Assembly: GCA_001798185.1 (NCBI GenBank)
Contig: MGRM01000006.1
Span: 28,976-92,975 of the forward strand
Direction of reading: 5' to 3'
DNA length: 64,000 nt
Origin: Deltaproteobacteria bacterium RIFCSPHIGHO2_02_FULL_44_16
GTDB lineage: Bacteria; UBA10199; 2-02-FULL-44-16
Part shown: piece by piece, positions 1 through 9,057 of the stretch
Numbering within the stretch: position 1 is the first letter of the stretch
Layout: each line of letters begins with the position of its first letter
Notes under the pieces: generated by a model
Databases searched by the model: none
The model's input: the letters and a program-made list of their open reading frames with translations, nothing else
What the model was told of the DNA's origin: nothing
Translations under genes and position numbers: made by a program

Positions 1-89
1 TAATTCAGCTCTCGTCTATGAACACGCTGTGCTCAAACCCTTCTCGGAACGTTTTTTGATGGAAGTTCCTCGCAATCATCCTTCGTTTA

Positions 90-683
90 TTGAAGCGATG
101 CGTCTTGCTCGTTTTTTCAATCTTTTCATTCCCATCCTTCCGATCGAAGTCCCGCGAACATCGATCATACGTGAGTTTATTGGCGATAGCGCTTTTCGAT
201 ACGGATAAAAAATTTCTCAAAAAAATAGCACGAGAAGAAACTTCAGCTCCTTTCTCAACCGATAATAACAGTGAGAGTGAAGTTCACATACACTGCTTGG
301 GGAGAGATAAAGGAGCTCCTATGAGCAGAACAAGGATTCTCACCACCACGCTTCAAAAAGAGAAGATTCAAATCGAAGTCACGGAAATTCCTCGAAATAA
401 AATCGAAACAACAAGTGAAGCAAATGTCTGGAACGGCGCTTATGACCTCTATTTATGCGCTGAAGAGAGTTGTTATCACGCAACTGTACCCAAAGGATCA
501 CTTTCTATGGCCAAACTCTTTCAAGCTTTTAGCGCTCAAGTAGAACAACGGCGTTCAGAAAAAATTACTTTCTATGATGAAGAGGGGAAAGCGTACCGAC
601 TTCTTCAAATGGATAATGGCGCAGAACTTTCGACCGAGAAAAAGCGCCAGCTTGAAGAACTTGAAGCCATGATGAAACGATAA
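90..683 (+). CDS. hypothetical protein (197 aa; start may be internal)
   Basis: Long ORF with no recognisable motifs; immediately precedes the GH3-like gene on the same strand. Confidence 0.3.
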   Translation: MKRCVLLVFSIFSFPSFRSKSREHRSYVSLLAIALFDTDKKFLKKIAREETSAPFSTDNNSESEVHIHCLGRDKGAPMSRTRILTTTLQKEKIQIEVTEIPRNKIETTSEANVWNGAYDLYLCAEESCYHATVPKGSLSMAKLFQAFSAQVEQRRSEKITFYDEEGKAYRLLQMDNGAELSTEKKRQLEELEAMMKR

Positions 684-692
684 AGGAATCTT

Positions 693-2141
693 ATGTCAGT
701 GCCCAAGCCAGGACCCATCAACAGCTTGGGGGGAGAAGCCACATCGGTTTCGGTAGAGAGTGACGCTCTTTTGATAAAAGAAAGAGCTTCGAAGGAAGAA
801 GAGAGTTTTCCACCGACTGTGCAAGGAACGCTCACCTCTTCACTTTCAGCACGTGTCAGACGCTTTCGTGCTGAAGCAGCCTGGATGCTCCAACCTCTCC
901 TTCGACTCGCAGAAACTTATTACGCACAAGCCACAAGTTATCGCGCCATGCTCGATCAAGGATATAACATGATCTATGGTCCCTCTGTCGATGTCGCTTC
1001 AGGAAGCAAAGAAAAACGAGAACAGTCCACACTCTGGAAACAAAATCGCATTCATACATGGCGCCCCGATATCGCCACTCTTTTCGGAAGTCTCACGGTT
1101 GCATCGACGCAGAACACCAAGAATCCCGGATTTTTCATTCTCAAACATGCTCCAGGATATGGAACACTAACAGGAAGCCTGGAATCGTGCATGAACTTTG
1201 CCGTCGATGCTCGAAGCAGCGATGAAATCCTACGTGACGTGACACCCTTTCGAGAGATGGTCGAGCGCTTTGGACCACGACACGTGGGGGTCATGGTTTC
1301 AGGTGTGGTCGTTCCCGAACTTCATCTCGAAGAGAGTTCAGGAGGACCGACTCCATTCGCTCTCTCCTCCCGTGGCATCGCATGGCTCCGAAAAGAACTT
1401 GGAGCGTACGGGAAAGAGGTCGTGGTGATTACGGATGACATGGGCGCTCCCGTATTTTTTCCTTATTATAAAAAGATGCTCGGGAAAAAATCGAATGAGT
1501 TTGTGTTTCAACAAGAGCGATGGCGCTATCTTCTCAAACAACTCACGAACGCGGATGTGGATATGATGGTGTATTTCGATGCGCCTCCCACGCAGCGCTT
1601 GCAAACCTACCTTGATATCGGACGTGAGCTGCTTGCTTCTGGTGAGATTACTCGAGAACAATTGGAAAAATCGGTCTTTCGCATTCTTGCGGTCAAACGA
1701 CGCATGTATCCCTCTCATTCGCGATTACAAGACCTCCATCAAACGGTCAAAGCCATGAGGGTCGAAGAACTCTTAGCGCAAAAACTTGTTCTTGCGGGAG
1801 CTTGGGAGGGGAGTTCAACGCCCGAACGTCTTCGAGAAATCAAAGAGGCAACAGTCATGGGCCTTGGGGGGCTCAGTTTTGAAGGAACACAGGCCCTGAT
1901 TCATCTGGTTCAGCCGATGATACTCAAGATGAGTGAAGAGGGAGTCATCCCCCCTTTTCTTGCAAACAATGCCTCACGAGAGCTCGAAGATCATCTTCAT
2001 GGGGATGAACCGGGATACGTTTCAGAAAGTGTGGTCATCCGTGAATTCACCGCCATCATGGATCGTTATTTTCCAAATGCTTCACCCTCTTCTCTTCTTC
2101 ACGAGATCTTTCTCGATATTGCCTCGTCACCTCCAAAATGA
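693..2141 (+). CDS. glycoside hydrolase family 3-like protein (NagZ-like beta-N-acetylhexosaminidase fold); catalytic motif altered
   Basis: KHAPGYG resembles the GH3 KHFPGHG motif. VMVSGVVVPEL and VVVITDDMGA match GH3 N-domain blocks (AVMTAHVVYP / VVISDDLEM). A long C-terminal extension is present. Confidence 0.5.
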   Translation: MSVPKPGPINSLGGEATSVSVESDALLIKERASKEEESFPPTVQGTLTSSLSARVRRFRAEAAWMLQPLLRLAETYYAQATSYRAMLDQGYNMIYGPSVDVASGSKEKREQSTLWKQNRIHTWRPDIATLFGSLTVASTQNTKNPGFFILKHAPGYGTLTGSLESCMNFAVDARSSDEILRDVTPFREMVERFGPRHVGVMVSGVVVPELHLEESSGGPTPFALSSRGIAWLRKELGAYGKEVVVITDDMGAPVFFPYYKKMLGKKSNEFVFQQERWRYLLKQLTNADVDMMVYFDAPPTQRLQTYLDIGRELLASGEITREQLEKSVFRILAVKRRMYPSHSRLQDLHQTVKAMRVEELLAQKLVLAGAWEGSSTPERLREIKEATVMGLGGLSFEGTQALIHLVQPMILKMSEEGVIPPFLANNASRELEDHLHGDEPGYVSESVVIREFTAIMDRYFPNASPSSLLHEIFLDIASSPPK

Positions 2142-2213
2142 ATTTCGGATTCTCCTTGCAGGACCAGAAGCATTCTCCTAAAGATCAGCTTCATCCATCT
2201 TCAAGGAGGAATT

Positions 2214-3029
2214 ATGATGCCAGCAGGAATCAATCTTACACGGAAGCAAATTGGCTTTATCTCCATCGCGATCGCTCTTTTTATTCTCTTCACCAAAGCA
2301 GTGGTGGTCATTCCTGCAGGACATGTCGGTGTCATGACACTTTTCGGAAAAGTCTACGAACAGAGTCTGCGGGAAGGTATTAATGTCATTAACCCTCTCG
2401 TCAAAGTGCATAAAATGAGTATCCGCACAGAACAAATTACTGAGGATGCTACAGTCCCCTCGAAAGAAGGCTTAACGGTTGGTGTTGATTTCTCGGTTCT
2501 CTTTTCTCTCGATCCGGTCAAAGCGCCGGAAGTCTATCGTACCGTGGGACCAAACTACGTGAGCATCATTGTCACACCACAAATTCGTTCCGTCATTCGT
2601 GGGGTGACCGCAGAGTATGAAGCAAAAGCGCTCTATACTGCTGAGCGAGAAATCGTCACCGAAAAAATGTTCACGCAACTTCAACCGATGATTGAACAAC
2701 GTGGTATCCGAATTGAAAAGGTTCTTATTCGTGCTGTGAAGCTCCCACCAATTCTTTCCACTGCAATTGAAAAAAAATTAGAAGCAGAACAGCAAGCGCA
2801 GCAGATGCAGTTTGTTTTGCAACGCGAAAGCCAAGAAGCAGAACGAAAACGAATTGAAGCCAAGGGTATCTCTGATTTCAATAGTATTGCATCACAAGGA
2901 CTTTCAGAATCCATTTTAAAACTCCGCGGTATTGAAGCAACCCAAGCGCTTTCGAAAAGCGACAATACAAAGGTTGTTATTATTGGATCCGGGAAAGAAG
3001 GTCTGCCGATCATTTTAGGACAACAATAA
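2214..3029 (+). CDS. SPFH/band-7 (prohibitin/HflC-like) membrane protein
   Basis: N-terminal TM helix, then the typical SPFH start (VVIPAGHVGVMTLFGKV...). Coiled-coil Ala/Glu/Gln-rich C-terminus. Confidence 0.8.
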   Translation: MMPAGINLTRKQIGFISIAIALFILFTKAVVVIPAGHVGVMTLFGKVYEQSLREGINVINPLVKVHKMSIRTEQITEDATVPSKEGLTVGVDFSVLFSLDPVKAPEVYRTVGPNYVSIIVTPQIRSVIRGVTAEYEAKALYTAEREIVTEKMFTQLQPMIEQRGIRIEKVLIRAVKLPPILSTAIEKKLEAEQQAQQMQFVLQRESQEAERKRIEAKGISDFNSIASQGLSESILKLRGIEATQALSKSDNTKVVIIGSGKEGLPIILGQQ

Positions 3030-3045
3030 AGAGAAAAATCTCTCC

Positions 3046-3073
3046 TTGACGATATGCATAAAATATGCATAAT
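3046..3073 (+). promoter_or_regulatory. sigma70-like promoter (TTGACG-N16-CATAAT) overlapping ATGCAT palindromic repeats; putative vapBC promoter/operator
   Basis: TTGACG at 3046 and CATAAT at 3068, with three ATGCAT/CTGCAT palindromes directly upstream of the vapB ATG at 3081. Confidence 0.45.
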
Positions 3074-3080
3074 GATCTGC

Positions 3081-3290
3081 ATGAGAACAACCCTCAATCT
3101 CGATCCGGAACTCATCGAAAAAGCCAAATCTTTAACAAGAATCCGCGAAAAAACAGCGCTTATCCACGCTGGCCTTGAAGCGCTTATCGCGAAACATGTG
3201 CGGGAACGTCTTATCTCTCTTGGTGGTAGCGAACCATTGCTTCGGCCTGTCAAACGTCGCCGACGTTCAAAACATCAAAGGACATCATGA
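3081..3290 (+). CDS. vapB: type II antitoxin, VapB family
   Basis: MRTTLNLDPELIEKAKSLTRIREKTALIHAGLEAL is a VapB-type N-terminus. It overlaps the PIN gene by 4 nt (ATGA). The ATG at 3054 in the ORF track lies inside the promoter, so the later start is preferred. Confidence 0.7.
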   Translation: MRTTLNLDPELIEKAKSLTRIREKTALIHAGLEALIAKHVRERLISLGGSEPLLRPVKRRRRSKHQRTS

Positions 3291-3640
3291 TCCTGGTTGA
3301 TACGTCGGTGTGGATCAATCATTTTCGGCGTACCGACTCAAAACTAGTTTTTTTGCTTCAGAATGATGGAGTGCTCATTCATCCGTTGATCATTGGAGAA
3401 ATTGCGTGTGGTCATCTCAAAAACCGTTCTGAAATTCTTGACCTTTTAATGCGACTTCCAAAAACCCTGATAGCCACTGATGAAGAAGTCTTAGCCTTTA
3501 TTGAACATCAAAAACTTTTTGGAAAAGGACTTGGATTTATTGACATTCATCTCCTTGCTTCAGCCAAGATGACCAAAGTGAAACTTTGGACGTTCGATCA
3601 GCTCCTTCATAAATACGCGGAAGAATTTGCATCGATCTAA
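3287..3640 (+). CDS. vapC: type II toxin VapC (PIN-domain ribonuclease)
   Basis: MILVDTSVWI...D...IGEIA...D is the PIN acidic-residue pattern. 117 aa. Translationally coupled to vapB. Confidence 0.85.
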   Translation: MILVDTSVWINHFRRTDSKLVFLLQNDGVLIHPLIIGEIACGHLKNRSEILDLLMRLPKTLIATDEEVLAFIEHQKLFGKGLGFIDIHLLASAKMTKVKLWTFDQLLHKYAEEFASI

Positions 3641-4104
3641 TTTGATTTTACTAACCGTATCCTTTGACGAAGGCCGTAATCAAAGGGACGTAAAATCGGA
3701 ATGTCGATCATGAGAAGACGCTGCATCACTGGATCTCCGCGAAACTCCGACTTGATCTCCTGAGCGTATTCAAAACTCATGAGCACTTCTTCGATGCAGT
3801 AATCAATATATTCATGTTCATCTTCATCGCTCTGTCCACACTTCTCAGCTCGTTCAAGAAGAAGGGTTGCAAGGGTGGCACAAAAATGCGCTTCGCGTTC
3901 GCGTTGAAGTTTTAAAAAATGATCGGTTAAAAGCCGGCCAATAATGGTTCGGAGATCACCGATAATGTCACGAAGCACAACGATCGATTTTCCAAAACCT
4001 CTTTCCACTAAATAAAATTCAAACATCTCGAGAAGATTTTTGACTTCGTCTTCGGTCGAGAGAAGAGAGCTATCGAGAACCACTTTTTGGAGTTTCCCTG
4101 ACAC
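3637..4104 (-). CDS. hypothetical protein
   Basis: 155-aa ORF with no recognised motif. Confidence 0.3.
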   Translation of the reverse strand: MSGKLQKVVLDSSLLSTEDEVKNLLEMFEFYLVERGFGKSIVVLRDIIGDLRTIIGRLLTDHFLKLQREREAHFCATLATLLLERAEKCGQSDEDEHEYIDYCIEEVLMSFEYAQEIKSEFRGDPVMQRLLMIDIPILRPFDYGLRQRIRLVKSN

Positions 4105-4155
4105 GGCGCCAGTATAACACGAAGTGCTTTCCGTATGAGAAACATTTTTACCAGT

Positions 4156-5298
4156 TTATTTTCGTTTGTCGATGGAGACATACGGCTGAAGTTCAGGACC
4201 TTCATAGATCGATTTTGGTCGAATGAGCCGATTCTTATCGAGCTGCTCAATAATATGAGCGGTCCAACCGCTCATACGCGCAATGGCAAAAATCGGAGTA
4301 TACAAAGGAATCGGAATTTCCATTTGATAGTAAATCCAAGCCGATGGCAAATCGACATTCGGATAAATTTTCTTTTCACGCACCATGACCTCTTCCATGG
4401 TTTGCGCCATGTCATACCATTTCATTTCTTTCTTTGACGTCGCATAAATCTTTCCGAGTTCTTTTAATGTGGGAACGCGGCTATCCCCTGTTTTATAAAC
4501 GCGATGTCCAAATCCCATGAGCTTTTCTTTTTTTACAATCGCCTCCAAAATATATTTTTCCGCTTTTTTGGGATCGCCAATTTTCAACATCACTTCCATC
4601 GCTTTTTCATTGGCTCCGCCATGCAGCGAACCTTTGAGCGTTCCAATGCCTGCCACAACCGCACAATACATATCTGCAAGCGTTGATGCTGTCACACGAC
4701 ACGCAAACGTCGAAGCATTAAAACCGTGTTCTGCATAGAGAATGAGAGAAGCATTAAAAACTTTTTCTGTTTCAGGTGTTGGAATTTCGCCATGTAACAT
4801 CCAAAGAAAATTTGCGGCATAGGAAAGATTTGGATCGGAAGAAATGGGTTCTTTTCCATTTTGAATTCTCCATCCTGCTGCAACGATTGCTGGCGTAAAT
4901 CCCATAAGTCGTGTTGCTTTTCGGATATTCGCATCGTGTGAAAGATCATCGAGATCCGGATCACTTCCTGATAAAAATGAAATGCCCGTGCGAAGTCCAT
5001 CCATGGGATGTTTTGTTTTGGGAAGTAAACCGAGCATATCAATCAGTTCACGATGAAGATGCATGTGTACTTTGATTCGCGCTTTAAAATCATTCAGTTC
5101 TTTTTTTTTGGGAAGATGACCGACAATTAAAAGATATGCCACTTCTTCAAAAGAAGCTTTCTTCGCGAGCTCTGTCGCATCATAACCACGCAGTGTTAAG
5201 ACCTGTTTTTCAGGATCAACGCGTGAAATGCTGCTCACGCCTGCAATGACTCCCTCGAGTCCGGGACTATAGTTAGGATATTCTTTCTTTTCTGGCAT
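4156..5298 (-). CDS. prpC: 2-methylcitrate synthase / citrate synthase family
   Basis: Citrate-synthase-family sequence (GFGHRVYK, HGGANE-type blocks), 380 aa. Lies directly downstream of methylisocitrate lyase, which supports a PrpC assignment. Confidence 0.75.
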   Translation of the reverse strand: MPEKKEYPNYSPGLEGVIAGVSSISRVDPEKQVLTLRGYDATELAKKASFEEVAYLLIVGHLPKKKELNDFKARIKVHMHLHRELIDMLGLLPKTKHPMDGLRTGISFLSGSDPDLDDLSHDANIRKATRLMGFTPAIVAAGWRIQNGKEPISSDPNLSYAANFLWMLHGEIPTPETEKVFNASLILYAEHGFNASTFACRVTASTLADMYCAVVAGIGTLKGSLHGGANEKAMEVMLKIGDPKKAEKYILEAIVKKEKLMGFGHRVYKTGDSRVPTLKELGKIYATSKKEMKWYDMAQTMEEVMVREKKIYPNVDLPSAWIYYQMEIPIPLYTPIFAIARMSGWTAHIIEQLDKNRLIRPKSIYEGPELQPYVSIDKRK

Positions 5299-5477
5299 TT
5301 CTTACTCCTTTTCAAAACCGCGCGAGGGTAAGGCTTTCGCAGGGTATCTCGAGGCAAATTTTATCAGCCGGGATATCATAAATAAAATTTCCGAGAGCTA
5401 AGCAAACGCTGTGGGACGACCCACAGCGGAGCGGCCCGAGAAAGCTTACCCGAAGCAGGTTTTGAACATGTAATACC

Positions 5478-6302
5478 TTATGGATTATATTTCAAGAGTT
5501 TATACAGCTCTTGTCGTGTCTGCATCTTTTCTAATATCCCTTTTTGCGTCCCTTTTTGCTTCAGCTCGACAAGAGCCTGCTGCATGGACTTGGCAGCGAC
5601 CCGAAAAAGGGTCATGGGGAAAATAACCATGTTCATACCAAGCGCTTCAAATTTTTTAATCGACAGATACGGGGTTTTTCCAAACTCAGTCATATTTGCC
5701 AGGAGAGGAATTTTTATGGCTTGGCGAAATGCAGCAAATTCTTTTTCACTCGTCAGAGCTTCCGTAAAAATCGCATCTGCTCCTGCATCTTCATAGAGTT
5801 TCGCTCTTTTGAGAGCCGCATCAAAGCCTTCAACAGCCGCGGCATCAGTCCTTGCGATCACCAGAAAATTTTTATCTTTTTTCGTTGTGATCGCTTTCTC
5901 AATTTTTTTCCCCATCTCTTTCGCAGAAATAAGCTTTTTTCCTTCAAGATGACCACAACGTTTGTCGGTTTGCTGATCTTCAAGATGAATACCGGCAACA
6001 CCACTTGCCTCAAATGTTTTGATCGTTGCTGAAATATTTTCAAATCCTGTATCCGCATCGGAAATGCCGGGGATGGAAACAGTCTGATCAATACGGCGTG
6101 CATGCTCGGCCGCTTCTGGAAGCGTCGGAATGCCGATGTCCGGGACACCGAACACAGCGTTCGCAAGGCCCGCACCTGAAATGTAATAGGCCGAAAATCC
6201 TGCTTGTTCGATGAGTAAAGCGGAGTAAGCGTTAAAGGCCCCGGGCATGATCACGAGACCTTTGTGAAGCAACTTTCGAAATTGAGACGTTTTAGTGTTC
6301 AT
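5478..6302 (-). CDS. prpB: methylisocitrate lyase
   Basis: ICL/PEP-mutase family with the catalytic motif KRCGH (DKRCGHLEGK), TDAAA and EAL blocks. Probable start at MNTKTSQF. Confidence 0.85.
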   Translation of the reverse strand: MNTKTSQFRKLLHKGLVIMPGAFNAYSALLIEQAGFSAYYISGAGLANAVFGVPDIGIPTLPEAAEHARRIDQTVSIPGISDADTGFENISATIKTFEASGVAGIHLEDQQTDKRCGHLEGKKLISAKEMGKKIEKAITTKKDKNFLVIARTDAAAVEGFDAALKRAKLYEDAGADAIFTEALTSEKEFAAFRQAIKIPLLANMTEFGKTPYLSIKKFEALGMNMVIFPMTLFRVAAKSMQQALVELKQKGTQKGILEKMQTRQELYKLLKYNP

Positions 6303-6597
6303 TTTTCTTCTTTTAGCGTGACAGGATCTGAACGCAAGCAAAAGTAACCGATGGGGGTAGTCAGGGGGAGAGCTAGGATCTCCCCCTGACTTTAGCGAGT
6401 CGCGGATTCACTCCGCGCGAGCGAAAAGTGGAGCGAATATGTACAGAATGTTAAAAAACGCTCCACTTTTGAAACAGCGGTTCGCACTCCTCTTCAAATA
6501 ACTTACCGAAAAATCAGGCTCTTGCACATTTGGCATGTTGGCACGCGATTTGCTTTTCTCCATTTCACAAGAAGCATCACACAGAAAGGAGTTTGAG

Positions 6598-6792
6598 ATG
6601 TCAGAACAAAACATGAAAGACGTTTTTCAAGTTTTAGATGGTCAAGGAAAAGAGGGAAAAGCAAAATGGATTCGTATTGGAGCAGCATTTGTCAATCGCG
6701 ATGGCTCGCTCAATGCCTTTCTCGATGCATTTCCCCGAGACGGAAAAATTCACATTCGTGATCGCAAACCAACTCAAAAGGAGGAGTCATGA
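6598..6792 (+). CDS. small hypothetical protein translationally coupled to comEA
   Basis: AAGGAG Shine-Dalgarno before the ATG at 6598. The stop overlaps the comEA start (ATGA). Confidence 0.35.
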   Translation: MSEQNMKDVFQVLDGQGKEGKAKWIRIGAAFVNRDGSLNAFLDAFPRDGKIHIRDRKPTQKEES

Positions 6793-7109
6793 GGTACAAC
6801 GTAAAACGATGTTTCATTATCAGTACAGTTTTTCTGTTTGTCGGAATTGCAACATTTGCACAGGGAGCACAAAACAAAAGTCTTACAGGGCAAATTAATG
6901 TGAATACTGCATCTCTCGAGCAACTGATGCAACTCCCCGGCATCGGTCAAGCAAAGGCTGAAGCCATTACAAAAGGAAGACCCTACAGCCAGGCTTCTGA
7001 TCTTCTCAATGTCAAAGGCATTGGAGAAAAACTTTTAAGCCAACTCAAACCGTTTGTAGTTGTGACCGGAAATACAACGCTCGCAACATCTTCCACTCCT
7101 ACTCCGTAA
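6789..7109 (+). CDS. comEA: ComEA-family helix-hairpin-helix DNA-binding protein (secreted)
   Basis: Signal peptide, then INVNTASLEQLMQLPGIGQAKAEAI...VKGIGEKLL, the paired HhH motifs typical of ComEA. Confidence 0.8.
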   Translation: MRYNVKRCFIISTVFLFVGIATFAQGAQNKSLTGQINVNTASLEQLMQLPGIGQAKAEAITKGRPYSQASDLLNVKGIGEKLLSQLKPFVVVTGNTTLATSSTPTP

Positions 7110-7165
7110 ACCCTGGCGCAGCAAGGACGGGGGAATGCATCCTCCTCCTTGTAAGAGCATTTCAC

Positions 7166-7205
7166 GGTGACGAGCAAAAGCTCGTCACCTGATGCTCGTT
7201 TTCTT
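7166..7205 (+). terminator. rho-independent terminator after comEA
   Basis: GGTGACGAGC-aaaa-GCTCGTCACC forms a 10-bp perfect stem, followed by a T-rich tract. Confidence 0.55.
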
Positions 7206-7217
7206 TCTCCTTACTTG

Positions 7218-7254
7218 TGAGGAAAAAGAAGAACTGGTCACAAATTGTGACCGG
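7218..7254 (-). terminator. rho-independent terminator after the polyprenyl synthetase gene
   Basis: CCGGTCACA-att-TGTGACCAG hairpin on the minus strand, followed by TTCTTCTTTTTCC. Confidence 0.5.
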
Positions 7255-7267
7255 TTCAACGTGTTGA

Positions 7268-8239
7268 TTAATCCGATCGGTTCACAGCATAATCAGCAAC
7301 AGCAACAAGAGCTTCGCGCTCAATGGAGGGTTTAAAAAGAGCCAAATGGGATTTGGCTTTTTCGGCATATTGTCTGGCAAGATCAAAAGTAGCTTCGAGT
7401 GCATTATATTTTTTGAGAATAGAAAGGACGAGCGCGAATTGAGTATCAGAGAGATGATCCGAAATGAGGGCTTCTCGAATAATATTGGATTCCGTAGCAT
7501 CGGTCTGTGTGAGCGCAACGATCAACGGATACGTGAGTTTTCCTTCACGCAAATCTCCACCAGCTTTTTTGCCAAACGTTCCTTCATCAGAATCATAATC
7601 AAGAGCATCATCCGCAAGCTGAAATGCGATGCCCAAATCCACACCGTAACCTCGAAGAGCAGACGAAAATTGTTCGGAGACATCAGCCGCGATCGCTGCT
7701 CCTTCAGAACAACTCGCAAAAAGAGCGGCTGTTTTATGGCGTACGATTTTTAAATATTCTTCATGGCTCATCGTCAGATCGTGATGACGACCGATCTCTA
7801 ACAGTTCACCTTCCGTAAGCGCGGAAATAGAACGAACCACAAGTTCTAAAAGTTTTTGATGTCCATAAAAAACCAGAAGCGATGTTGCTTTCGTCCAGAG
7901 AAAATCTCCCACCAACACGCTGACTTGGTTTCCCCACTTCGCTTTCGTGGAAGGTTTTCCACGACGAAGAAGAGCGTCATCGACCACATCATCATGAAGA
8001 AGACTTGCGGTATGCAAAATTTCAAATGAAGCTGCGAGTCGGGGTCTCGCTTCATCATTAAAACCGACGAGTCGCGAACAGAGTAAAAAGAGCGCTGGGC
8101 GAAGACGTTTGCCACCGTTTTGAATCACATACTGTGACACATCCGTGATGATCGGAAGTTCAGAGCGAAGATGAGTTTTTAAGACCTCTTCCACCGCCAC
8201 AAGTTCATTCTTAATCGAAATGTAGAGCGTTTCAAGCAT
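7268..8239 (-). CDS. trans-polyprenyl diphosphate synthase (IspB/HepT-like)
   Basis: LLHDDVVDD (first DDxxD) and GIAFQLADDALDY (second DDxxD), about 320 aa. Confidence 0.85.
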   Translation of the reverse strand: MLETLYISIKNELVAVEEVLKTHLRSELPIITDVSQYVIQNGGKRLRPALFLLCSRLVGFNDEARPRLAASFEILHTASLLHDDVVDDALLRRGKPSTKAKWGNQVSVLVGDFLWTKATSLLVFYGHQKLLELVVRSISALTEGELLEIGRHHDLTMSHEEYLKIVRHKTAALFASCSEGAAIAADVSEQFSSALRGYGVDLGIAFQLADDALDYDSDEGTFGKKAGGDLREGKLTYPLIVALTQTDATESNIIREALISDHLSDTQFALVLSILKKYNALEATFDLARQYAEKAKSHLALFKPSIEREALVAVADYAVNRSD

Positions 8240-8304
8240 GGGGGGTTTCGTGCCGCACCATCGTCTCCTTGTCAATCAGCAAAAGGAATGTTATTTCAAA
8301 CACA

Positions 8305-9057
8305 ATGAAAGCATGTCTTGTGGTCCACGGCCTCACCGGAACACCAGCAACTGTTGCGAGTCTCTCTGTAAAACTTGCTGCACATGGTTTTAACGTGGTG
8401 ACGCCGCGGCTTGCTGGACATGACACTCTTAAAAACCTCGAAAGAGTTACGTGGCAAGAATGGTATCAATCTGTTCTCGATGCCTATCAGAGCCTTCGAC
8501 AAGAAACCGATCAGATCTCTTATGCAGGTATTTCTCTTGGTGCGCTTCTTGGTCTTCATCTTGCCGCAAACGAAGGGAAAGAACTCCGAGCTTTAGCTTT
8601 ACTCTCAACCCCTTTCCATCTCAATTTTTTGAACACATTTCTTATTTATTTGGTCCGTTATACACCTTTGAGATTTTTGATCACATCAGTGGCAAAGGAT
8701 CCCCTACGAAGTGTTGCAGATCCTGAAGGACGAAAGTTTTATATGGAACATTCACTGAAACGTATACCTGCTCATGCAACCTATGAACTTATCGATCTTC
8801 AACGAAAAATACGGGAAGAACTTCCACATATTAAAAATCCTCTCCTTCTGGTGCATGCTGATCATGACCAAGTCTCTCCTTCTTCAAATGTTCGCATCAT
8901 CAAAAAATTATGTGGTTCACAGCATATTGAAATCGCTCGTTTCCCACGATCACACCACGTCATGACACTCGACTTTGAAAAAGAATTGGCGGCAAATGCT
9001 ACTTTAGAATTTTTTAACCGATTTACTTCGGCAATCCATGTCCCCACAACGCGATAA
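8305..9057 (+). CDS. alpha/beta-hydrolase fold esterase/carboxylesterase
   Basis: CLVVHGLTG oxyanion region, GISLGA nucleophile elbow (GxSxG), and a C-terminal HADHD... block. Confidence 0.7.
   Translation: MKACLVVHGLTGTPATVASLSVKLAAHGFNVVTPRLAGHDTLKNLERVTWQEWYQSVLDAYQSLRQETDQISYAGISLGALLGLHLAANEGKELRALALLSTPFHLNFLNTFLIYLVRYTPLRFLITSVAKDPLRSVADPEGRKFYMEHSLKRIPAHATYELIDLQRKIREELPHIKNPLLLVHADHDQVSPSSNVRIIKKLCGSQHIEIARFPRSHHVMTLDFEKELAANATLEFFNRFTSAIHVPTTR

Noticed and set aside
5040-5115. A9/T9 homopolymer inside prpC (encoding KKK) as a possible phase-variation tract
   Set aside because: It encodes an in-frame Lys run in a housekeeping enzyme. There is no evidence of slippage, so it is likely just AT-rich codon usage.
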